Of a stretch of DNA of 32,000 nt, positions 23,986 through 31,647 are shown one piece after another. The stretch spans positions 10,737 to 42,736 of the forward strand of contig CAYSNH010000004.1 in NCBI GenBank assembly GCA_964432405.1, read 5' to 3'. Positions within the stretch are counted from its first letter, which is position 1; every line of letters begins with the position of its first letter. This stretch comes from an uncultured Candidatus Saccharibacteria bacterium (GTDB lineage Bacteria; Patescibacteriota; Minisyncoccia; UBA6257; UBA11618). Made by a program: the position numbers and the translations under genes. The notes beneath the pieces were generated by a model. It was given only the letters and a program-made list of their open reading frames with translations, had not been told where the DNA came from and ran no database searches.

Positions 23986-25719
23986 ATGGAAGATAAACAG
24001 TTACTAGATAAGTTAGTAGAGGTTGGCTTGTTATCTCAGAGTAGAGCAGGCAAGTTGTTAGAAGAAGCCGACCTAGTTAAAAAACCTGTTGAGGATATTA
24101 TTTATGACCGCCGCTTGGTTGAGGAGGGTGACTTAGCCAAGGTTAAGAGTGAGTTGTTAGGTGTGCCTTATAAAAAGATTGATGTTAGTCAGATAGATGA
24201 TAAGACCTTATCTTTGTTGCCAGAGGAGACGGTTAATAACTATAAGGTAATTCCTCTTAGTAAAGAGAAGAAGATGTTAGTAGTGGGCATGCTTAATCCT
24301 CAGGATCGATCTGCTCAAGAGGCTCTACGTTTTATTGCTAAGCAAAAAAAGATGAGCTTAGGGGTTTATCTTATTACTCCCTCTAATTTAGAAGCGGTAA
24401 TGCGCCGTTACTCACCAATGAGCGGTGAGATAGAGCGTGCGGTTCGCTCTTTACAGATAAAACCTGGTAGTGGCGCAGGAATCAAAAAGATTAAGTTGGA
24501 AGAGGCTACGGCAGTAGCTGAGGAAGCTCCTATTATTAAGATCGTCTCCGCAACATTGAAAGAGGCCGTTACAACCGGCGCCTCTGATGTTCATATCGAA
24601 CCTCAAAAAACTAGATTAAGAATTCGTTTTCGTATGGATGGCGTATTACAAGAAGTCCAATCCCTTCCTCCTGAACTGCATCGGCCCGTTGTTTCTCGAG
24701 TTAAGATAATGTCTAATCTGAAAATTGATGAGACTCGTATTCCTCAAGATGGGCGCTTTAGAACTGAGATTTATGGCAGAGATATAGATTATCGTGTTTC
24801 AACTTTTCCTACTCCCGCTGGTGAAAAGGTAGCTATTCGTGTTCTCGACCCTCAAATCGGCTTGAAGCAGTTAGACGATCTAGGTCTGGGTGGTAAGTCG
24901 GCTCGTTTGGTTAATGAGAGTATTGAGCAGCCTTTTGGAATGATCCTTATCACTGGCCCTACTGGGTCTGGTAAGACGACGACTTTATATGCTGTGATGC
25001 AACGTTTAAATAAAGATGATGTAAATATTGTTAGTTTAGAAGATCCGGTAGAATACTCTATCGAAGGCATTAACCAGTCTCAGGTTCGACCTGAGATCGG
25101 CTATACCTTCGCCTCCGGTTTACGCCAAATTCTTCGTCAGGACCCTGATGTCATGATGGTGGGTGAGATTAGAGATGGTGAGACGGCAGAACTATCAGTT
25201 CACGCCGCCCTTACAGGCCACATTGTTTTAGCCACTCTGCATACTAATAATGCCGTTGGCGTCATTCCTCGTTTAATAGATATGAAGGTGGACGCCTTCC
25301 TCCTACCCTCGGTTTTGAGCGTCATGATATCTCAACGCTTAGTTGGCCAACTCTGTCAGAAGTGCAAGCAGATTGAGCCGGCGCCGGCTAAGATAGCCAA
25401 TATAATAAAAAAAGAGCTAGCTGCTCTTCCAGAAGAAGTTCAAAAAACCATTAAGCATAAAGAACCTTATCAAGTTTGGAAATCACCGGGGTGTAAGGAG
25501 TGTAAAAATAAGGGGCGAGTTGGTAGAATCGCTATTTTTGAAGCTTTATCAATGACGTCAGAATTAGAGCAGATCATTAATGATGAGCCTACCGAAGGCA
25601 ATATTTTAAAAGAGGCCAAGAGACAAGGTATGGTCACTCTCCGCCAAGATGGAATTCTTAAAGCCTTAGAAGGCTTGGTTAGTATTGAAGAGATTATTAG
25701 AGAAACATCTGAAGCATAA
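23986..25719 (+). CDS. pilB: Type IV pilus extension ATPase PilB (GspE family)
   Basis: 577 aa. N-terminal T2SSE_N-like domain. Walker A GPTGSGKTT, Walker B DPDVMMVGEIRD, His box TGHIVLATLHTN. Tetracysteine motif (CQKC...CKEC). Confidence 0.9.
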   Translation: MEDKQLLDKLVEVGLLSQSRAGKLLEEADLVKKPVEDIIYDRRLVEEGDLAKVKSELLGVPYKKIDVSQIDDKTLSLLPEETVNNYKVIPLSKEKKMLVVGMLNPQDRSAQEALRFIAKQKKMSLGVYLITPSNLEAVMRRYSPMSGEIERAVRSLQIKPGSGAGIKKIKLEEATAVAEEAPIIKIVSATLKEAVTTGASDVHIEPQKTRLRIRFRMDGVLQEVQSLPPELHRPVVSRVKIMSNLKIDETRIPQDGRFRTEIYGRDIDYRVSTFPTPAGEKVAIRVLDPQIGLKQLDDLGLGGKSARLVNESIEQPFGMILITGPTGSGKTTTLYAVMQRLNKDDVNIVSLEDPVEYSIEGINQSQVRPEIGYTFASGLRQILRQDPDVMMVGEIRDGETAELSVHAALTGHIVLATLHTNNAVGVIPRLIDMKVDAFLLPSVLSVMISQRLVGQLCQKCKQIEPAPAKIANIIKKELAALPEEVQKTIKHKEPYQVWKSPGCKECKNKGRVGRIAIFEALSMTSELEQIINDEPTEGNILKEAKRQGMVTLRQDGILKALEGLVSIEEIIRETSEA

Positions 25720-25723
25720 AAAG

Positions 25724-25744
25724 AGACCTCATCCGATGAGGTCT
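25724..25744 (+). other. Stem-loop directly after the pilB stop (AGACCTCA / TGAGGTCT) with no clear U-tract
   Basis: Inverted repeat at 25724-25733 / 25735-25744. The 3' arm GATGAGGTCT is repeated exactly at 25801-25810. Confidence 0.4.
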
Positions 25745-25909
25745 TCCTTGAGCGCGATCTTCATGATCAAAAAAATAATCCATTAACAAATCCATTCGCG
25801 GATGAGGTCTCCAAAGGCTTTATAAGAACTAATTTAGAGTCTACTGAATCAATTTGTCGCTTGTCAAGAATGCTTGGGGAAAAATACGCAACTATTGTTT
25901 TTAAGGTTG

Positions 25910-25918
25910 TGGTATAAT
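25910..25918 (+). promoter_or_regulatory. Extended -10 element (TGgTATAAT) for pilT
   Basis: TATAAT at 25913-25918, preceded by TGG. The ATG at 25926 is 7 nt downstream with no SD. Confidence 0.4.
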
Positions 25919-25925
25919 TTAAGCA

Positions 25926-26996
25926 ATGAATTACAAGCAGCTACTTGATGACTTGCTTTTAACAACGGCTCGTCAGAGTGCTTCTGATTTGCATATTGGT
26001 GTTGGTCGTCGACCTTCTTTGAGGATTGATGGTGTTTTAGTACCTTTGGAAAAATCTCCCATGGTTACCCCAGAAATTGCTGAGGGCTTGGTATCTGCTC
26101 TTATTTCTCCAGAGCAGAAAAAATCTTTTTTAGAGCGCAAAACTCTAGATTTTTCTTATAGTTTTGAAGATAAAGCTCGGTTTAGGGTGAACATTTTTTT
26201 TCAAAGAGGTTTTATGGCCGCTGCTCTGCGTCTTATTCCAGCTAAGATAAGAACTGTTGAAGAGCTTAATTTACCAGCTATTCTTCATGATTTTACCAAG
26301 CTTTCCCAAGGCTTTGTCTTGGTGGTGGGTCCAGCTGGTCATGGCAAGTCAACTACCTTAGCCGCTCTTATTGATGAGATCAATAGAAATTATTCCAAGC
26401 ATATTATTACCGTTGAAGATCCAATCGAATATATGTTTACTCAAGATCGCTCTATCATCTCTCAAAGAGAGGTGAAGTTGGACACGATAGATTTTCATGA
26501 TGCCTTACGCTCCCTTTTGCGTCAGGATCCAGATGTTTTAATGATTGGTGAGATGAGGGATGCGGAGTCTATTGCTACTGCTATGACCGCTTCAGAAACC
26601 GGGCACGTTGTCTTTTCTACTCTACACACCAACTCAGCTGCTCAGACGGTTGATCGTATTATCGATAGTTTTCCTCCTGAACAACAGGGCCAGATTACCT
26701 CTCAGTTAGCTGCTACCTTAGTGGCAATTGTTTCTCAGCGATTGATTCCTCGTATTGATGGTGGGCGAGTGCCAGCTTCTGAAATTATGATTGTTAACTC
26801 GGCTGTTAGGAACTTGATTAGAGAGAGAAAGTCCTATCAGCTAGATCTAGTTATTGAAACTAGTCTTAAAGAAGGTATGATTACCTTGAATCGTTCTTTA
26901 GCTAATTTGGTTAAGCAGAGGATAATCTCTTTAGATAAAGCATTGTTATATTCAAAAAACACTTCCGAATTAAAGGTTTTAGTTGAAAAAGTATGA
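25926..26996 (+). CDS. pilT: Type IV pilus retraction (twitching) ATPase PilT
   Basis: 356 aa. ASDLHI, Walker A GPAGHGKST, DPDVLMIGEMRD, TGHVVFSTLHTN. Confidence 0.9.
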   Translation: MNYKQLLDDLLLTTARQSASDLHIGVGRRPSLRIDGVLVPLEKSPMVTPEIAEGLVSALISPEQKKSFLERKTLDFSYSFEDKARFRVNIFFQRGFMAAALRLIPAKIRTVEELNLPAILHDFTKLSQGFVLVVGPAGHGKSTTLAALIDEINRNYSKHIITVEDPIEYMFTQDRSIISQREVKLDTIDFHDALRSLLRQDPDVLMIGEMRDAESIATAMTASETGHVVFSTLHTNSAAQTVDRIIDSFPPEQQGQITSQLAATLVAIVSQRLIPRIDGGRVPASEIMIVNSAVRNLIRERKSYQLDLVIETSLKEGMITLNRSLANLVKQRIISLDKALLYSKNTSELKVLVEKV

Positions 26997-28201
26997 AGTT
27001 TAAATATAGCGCAAGAACTAAATCAGGAGAGTTGCAGGTTGGTAACATCGAGGCTGTTAATAAAGAAGCGGCCTTGAATATCTTAAACACTCACGACCTA
27101 TACGTCTTAAGTATTGAGGGTGTTGTAGCGCCAGTTTGGTATAGGCAGTTACTAAGTTTTTTTAATCGGGTGAGGAGTAAGGATCTGATGATCTTTACTC
27201 GTCAATTTGCTGTCATGCTAGAGGCGGACATTCCATTGAATGATACTTTAAAATCTTTATATCGTCAGACTAGAAATCAAATTTTAAAGGAGGCTGCTTT
27301 TGATATATCTTCCGATGTTGATTCTGGACTATCTTTATCTCAAGCCTTAGAAAAGCAATCCCACGTTTTTTCTGAGTTTTATATCAATCTTATTCGCTCA
27401 GCTGAAGTTACAGGTCAAGTTGAGTCAGCTATGACTTTTCTAGCCGATTATATTGAAAAAGAAAATGCTTTGATTTCTAAGATTAGAAATGCTCTCATCT
27501 ACCCTATTTTTGTGATAGTGCTCTTCTTTATTACCGCCGCTGTTTTGTTAGGGGTAGTCTTTCCTCAGTTAGAGCCAATCTTTACCGATGCCCAGGTTAA
27601 GTTGCCAGTTATTAGTCAGTTTTTCCTTAGCTTAGGAGGCTTTATCGCTAGTTGGTGGTGGGCTCTCGCAATCGGTCTTTTTGTGGTGACTTTAATTTTG
27701 ATTGATTATTTTCGAGGCGAGGAGGGGAGATTTGTTTTTGATCAGTTGGCCTTAGGGATGCCGGTTTTCGGCAAGCTCTTTCGTCAATCTTACGTCGCCC
27801 GATTTTCTGAAGCTACTAGTATTTTAATCAAGGGAGGCATTCCAATTGCTCAGGCTATTGAGATTGGCTCACATACGGTTGATAGCCCTATTTATAGAGA
27901 GGCATTGCATGAAGTGGCTAATAGTATTCGTCAGGGAGAGTTGTTATCAGTTGCCTTAGAAAGGAACGAGGAGTTCTTTCCACCCCTTACCAGCCAGATG
28001 GTGGCTATTGGTGAAAAGACCGGACGTTTAGAAGAGATGTTGGGTAAGGTTTATGATTTTTATAGTCGCGAGGTTGATAACTTGGTCAATAACTTAGTTG
28101 AGTTAATTCAACCTATTCTCATCTTGATTATAGGGGGATTCGTTGGCTTGTTATTTGCTTCAATCCTTCTTCCTATTTATAATTTAGTACAAGTATTCTA
28201 A
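26993..28201 (+). CDS. pilC: Type IV pilus platform protein PilC (GspF family)
   Basis: 402 aa with two T2SSF repeats and three TM segments. ATGA overlap with pilT. Confidence 0.9.
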   Translation: MKFKYSARTKSGELQVGNIEAVNKEAALNILNTHDLYVLSIEGVVAPVWYRQLLSFFNRVRSKDLMIFTRQFAVMLEADIPLNDTLKSLYRQTRNQILKEAAFDISSDVDSGLSLSQALEKQSHVFSEFYINLIRSAEVTGQVESAMTFLADYIEKENALISKIRNALIYPIFVIVLFFITAAVLLGVVFPQLEPIFTDAQVKLPVISQFFLSLGGFIASWWWALAIGLFVVTLILIDYFRGEEGRFVFDQLALGMPVFGKLFRQSYVARFSEATSILIKGGIPIAQAIEIGSHTVDSPIYREALHEVANSIRQGELLSVALERNEEFFPPLTSQMVAIGEKTGRLEEMLGKVYDFYSREVDNLVNNLVELIQPILILIIGGFVGLLFASILLPIYNLVQVF

Positions 28202-28212
28202 ACTTAGATTAT

Positions 28213-28650
28213 ATGAAAAGAAAAGCTGGTTTCACATTAATAGAAGTCTTAGTCGTTATCTTTATTATCGGCCTTTTGGCTTCGGTAGTTTTAGTGGGGC
28301 TAGGTACCTTTAGAGCTCGGGGTCGGGATGTAAGGAGGATTGCTGATCTACGCTCCATGCAAAATATTCTTGAACTGTATTATGCCAAGAACGGTGAGTA
28401 CCCTACCACCATGCCTTGGGATAGTTTAGAGAATTCTTTGAAGAGTGCTGGCATTGGAGTTAGTAATATCCCAGAAGATCCTGTTCCTAGTGGCCAGTAT
28501 AAATTCGCCTCTAGTCCTAGCCGTCAGAGTTATGTCTTGTCAGCTAATATTGAAGACCCTGATCATCGTGTCTTGAATGATGATATAGATCCCCCTACCG
28601 AAACCTATGGAGTTGATTGCTCAGATCCCGTTTACTGCATTAAGTTCTAG
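28213..28650 (+). CDS. Type IV (major) pilin with class III signal peptide
   Basis: MKRKAG|FTLIEVLVVIFIIGLLA, with Gly-1, Phe+1 and Glu+5. C-terminal Cys pair (CSDPVYC) consistent with a disulfide-bonded D-region. Confidence 0.85.
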   Translation: MKRKAGFTLIEVLVVIFIIGLLASVVLVGLGTFRARGRDVRRIADLRSMQNILELYYAKNGEYPTTMPWDSLENSLKSAGIGVSNIPEDPVPSGQYKFASSPSRQSYVLSANIEDPDHRVLNDDIDPPTETYGVDCSDPVYCIKF

Positions 28651-29494
28651 CGTCCTACTCTTCGCATTAGGCGTTATCTTAGGTAGTTTTGTTAATGCTG
28701 TTGGGCTCCGCTATTATGGCGAGGGTCGTCTTTTTGATTTGTCGGTAATTGGGGGGCGCTCTCAATGTCCTCAGTGTCAGAAGCAACTCTCTTGGTATGA
28801 GCTGATCCCTGTTATTAGTTTTCTAATTCAACAAGGAAAATGTCGTTATTGTGAACGGCCGCTTTCTTGGCAATATCCTTTAGTTGAGATAGCTGGTGGT
28901 TTGATCATGCTTCTGCCCGTTTATTTTTATAATTACTTTGATCTAGCTCACAAAGTTTTATCGGGTCAAAGCATCACTCCTTATCTCATTATTGCTGCTG
29001 TTTGGACCTTTGCGGCCTTTGCCATGTTGCTACTCACCATTATTGATTGGCGTCTGCAAATAATTCCTGATCAGATTAATTTATTCCTAGCTGGTTTAGG
29101 AGTTGTTATGATCTACCTACCCACCACCTCTTTTCTAAAAAACTACGCCCTCATTTTCGGCGGACCAATGAGTCTTTTTGCCAATCATCTGTTAGCTGCT
29201 TTTATTGGGCTAGCTTTTTTTGGAGCGATTATCGCTCTTAGCCGAGGGAAGGCGATGGGCGGTGGGGATATGAAGTTAGCAGGTGCATTAGGCTTGCTGA
29301 TTGGTTATCCAGATATTATTGTGGTGATTATCTCCGCCTTTGTTATCGGCGCCATCTGGGGTTTGTATCTCATCGCTTCTCATAAGAAGAAGTTTAAGGA
29401 AAATGTTCCCTTCGGACCGTTTATTGTCACAGGGGTTTTTGTAACGATCTTTTTTGGACATACGTTAGCTAACTGGTATTTTACTTTGATTTAG
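28607..29494 (+). CDS. pilD: Prepilin peptidase (A24 family) PilD
   Basis: 295 aa. N-terminal CPQC...CRYC zinc motif. Catalytic-Asp context GGGDMKL. Polytopic. Overlaps the pilin 3' end by 44 nt. Confidence 0.9.
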   Translation: MELIAQIPFTALSSSVLLFALGVILGSFVNAVGLRYYGEGRLFDLSVIGGRSQCPQCQKQLSWYELIPVISFLIQQGKCRYCERPLSWQYPLVEIAGGLIMLLPVYFYNYFDLAHKVLSGQSITPYLIIAAVWTFAAFAMLLLTIIDWRLQIIPDQINLFLAGLGVVMIYLPTTSFLKNYALIFGGPMSLFANHLLAAFIGLAFFGAIIALSRGKAMGGGDMKLAGALGLLIGYPDIIVVIISAFVIGAIWGLYLIASHKKKFKENVPFGPFIVTGVFVTIFFGHTLANWYFTLI

Positions 29495-29540
29495 TAATTA
29501 TGCCCCTCACAGAGAAGAGCTTTTTTGCTATACTTTCTTT

Positions 29541-30059
29541 ATGAACAAGGGCTTTACCTTAATCGAGTCATTAACCGTCATTGCCATCCTGGCTCTAATG
29601 ACCTCTTTCTTGATTTTATATAATAGAACTGGTGAACGACAGATTGTTTTGTTAAGAGAAAAAGCTAATTTAATTAGTACCGTCCTTAAAGCCAAAAATC
29701 TGGCTTTAGGTGGTTTTATTCGGGAGCCTTTAGGAGAGGTTGTTTGTGGTTACGGTGTTCATTTTGAGGATGACAAGTACTTCATCTATCGAGACCTAGC
29801 TGTTGATTGCAATGCTAGTGATATGCGTTATACGGCCGATAACCCTAAAGAGTTATTTGGTGATATAATAGAAATATTGCCAGTTGTCAGCTTGAAGATT
29901 GATGAGGTGTCAGATATTTTATTTGCTCCACCAACACCCGATGTTTTTTTTGATGGTAGTGAGGCCTTGTTAGAAAAAAACATTATTCTTTCTGATATAG
30001 ATAATACAACAGAGGTGGTTATAAATATTAATAATGCGGGACAAATCAGCACACAATAG
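29541..30059 (+). CDS. Minor pilin / pseudopilin with prepilin-type N-terminal cleavage/methylation motif
   Basis: MNKG|FTLIESLTVIAILALM. TGcTATACT (29526-29534) ends 6 nt upstream of the ATG. Confidence 0.75.
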   Translation: MNKGFTLIESLTVIAILALMTSFLILYNRTGERQIVLLREKANLISTVLKAKNLALGGFIREPLGEVVCGYGVHFEDDKYFIYRDLAVDCNASDMRYTADNPKELFGDIIEILPVVSLKIDEVSDILFAPPTPDVFFDGSEALLEKNIILSDIDNTTEVVININNAGQISTQ

Positions 30060-30540
30060 AGGTTATATTCTAATGGAGGCTTTGGTAGCTATGACGATCG
30101 TAGCTATCGGTCTTTTAGGAATTTTTTCGTTGCTTTCTCGTTCTTTGAGTTTGAACCGAGTGGTTTCGGACCGTTACATAGCTGGTTATTTATCTGCTGA
30201 AGGAATCGAGTTAGTAAAGAACAAGATTGATAATAACGTTATTAATCGAAGAGCTTGGAATGCTGGCATTACAAACGGAGATTTTGAGATCGATCCTTAT
30301 GGCAATCTGACTCTCAATTCGATTAGTGGCAGTCAAGCTTCTCTTTTGCGTTTTAATAGTGGAAATGGGCGATATTCCTATGCTGGTGATCAAGTGACTC
30401 GTTTTCGGCGTAGGATTAATATTCAGTTATTAGGCGGGGGTGATGAGTTGAGGGTGACCTCTAAAGTCTCTTGGTTGGGTCGAGGAGATTCTGATTTTGA
30501 GGTCTCTTTAGAAGATAGGTTTTTTAATTATTGGAAATGA
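30034..30540 (+). CDS. Minor pilin (PilV-like)
   Basis: NRG|YILMEALVAMTIVAIGLLG fits the prepilin motif with Glu+5. Overlaps the preceding gene by 26 nt. Confidence 0.7.
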   Translation: MRDKSAHNRGYILMEALVAMTIVAIGLLGIFSLLSRSLSLNRVVSDRYIAGYLSAEGIELVKNKIDNNVINRRAWNAGITNGDFEIDPYGNLTLNSISGSQASLLRFNSGNGRYSYAGDQVTRFRRRINIQLLGGGDELRVTSKVSWLGRGDSDFEVSLEDRFFNYWK

Positions 30541-31025
30541 TGAATAAAAAAGGCTTTACAATGATCGAGTTGTTAGTGGCTATGAGCTTGTTTGTGGTGG
30601 TGATGGGGGTCGCATCCACCGTTTTCATTCAATCTTTACGAACCCAGCGTTCTATCGTAGCTCTGATGGCGGCTAATGATAACGCTAGCTTATCTATTGA
30701 GCAGATGATGAGAGAGATTCGTATTGGCTCTAATTTCACGACTAATATGGAAAAAACAGAACTGAGCTTTGTGAGTCAGCGCAAGGGCAATGTTGTTTAT
30801 CGTTGGAATAAGGATGAGAAGACCATCGAAAGAAATGGAGTGGCTTTAACGAGCAAGAATGTAGCGGTTGAGTATCTTTATTTTGATCTTTTTGGGGCTG
30901 GTCCTAACGACGGCGCTTCTACCAGAGCAGTTATTAGATTAGGAGTTAGTTCTAATGAGGAGCGAGCTACTGACATCATCACCAATATACAAACTACCGT
31001 TAGCTCAAGACAATTAGATGTTTAA
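30537..31025 (+). CDS. Minor pilin (PilW-like)
   Basis: MMNKKG|FTMIELLVAMSLFVVVMG. I chose the ATG at 30537, which gives an ATGA overlap with the upstream stop, over the track TTG at 30531. Confidence 0.7.
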   Translation: MMNKKGFTMIELLVAMSLFVVVMGVASTVFIQSLRTQRSIVALMAANDNASLSIEQMMREIRIGSNFTTNMEKTELSFVSQRKGNVVYRWNKDEKTIERNGVALTSKNVAVEYLYFDLFGAGPNDGASTRAVIRLGVSSNEERATDIITNIQTTVSSRQLDV

Positions 31026-31027
31026 AT

Positions 31028-31402
31028 ATGAATAAAAAAGGCCAAGTTATGATATTAACCGTATTGATTATCTCAGGAACTATTCTGGGCGCTACCACTA
31101 TCGCGGGTATTTTAATGCTTAATCAGATTCGTCAGGCCACTAATGTGGGTCACTCCTTGCAAGCCATCTTTGCAGCTGATGCTGGCTTAGAGTGGGAGCT
31201 ATATAATAATTTTGTTGGTAGTTATGATAAGCCTCAGATGAGAAATGCTAATTTTGTTACCGAGGTTATTGGTAGCGATAATAGTATCGAATTTCGTTCA
31301 GTGGGTTGTGCGGGAGCTCCTATCGAAGGTCAGGTTCCAGCCAATATTTGTTCTCGCAAGATCAATCGTTCTCTTCAATTATTCTTTCAAGTGGTCCGTT
31401 AG
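31028..31402 (+). CDS. PilX-N-like pilus-associated protein (uncleaved hydrophobic N-terminus)
   Basis: 124 aa. MNKKGQVMILTVLIISGTILGATTIAG resembles the PilX N-terminal domain. Last gene of the minor-pilin block. Confidence 0.55.
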   Translation: MNKKGQVMILTVLIISGTILGATTIAGILMLNQIRQATNVGHSLQAIFAADAGLEWELYNNFVGSYDKPQMRNANFVTEVIGSDNSIEFRSVGCAGAPIEGQVPANICSRKINRSLQLFFQVVR

Positions 31403-31437
31403 TTGACTGTTTTTATAAAATTCAGTATTTTTAATAA

Positions 31438-31603
31438 TATTAAGCGATTGTTGAATCAATTACTTTTTGCACCTTTGATAGACAGAGCTTAGTTGACTCT
31501 ACATCAACTTGGTTTTTGTGCTGTGTCCGAGACTGATTAGAGTGGCCCCTAAGATGTCTTGGATAGACCCCGTTTCGCATGAGAGAGCGAAGCGGGGTTT
31601 TTT
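31438..31603 (+). ncRNA. Candidate small RNA, or alternatively a long structured 3' UTR of the pilus operon
   Basis: TTGACT (31403-31408)-17-TATTTT (31426-31431) just after the stop codon. About 165 nt with no convincing ORF or SD. Internal stems AGTTGA/TCAACT (31491-31509) and CCGAGAC/GTCTTGG (31527-31562). Ends in a strong terminator. Confidence 0.25.
31568..31603 (+). terminator. Strong rho-independent terminator
   Basis: CCCCGTTTCGC / GCGAAGCGGGG 11-bp stem (one G-U pair), 8-nt loop, then TTTTTT. Confidence 0.8.
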
Positions 31604-31647
31604 ATCCACAGTTCTTTAATAGCTTATTTCAGGTTACAATAAAGCAA

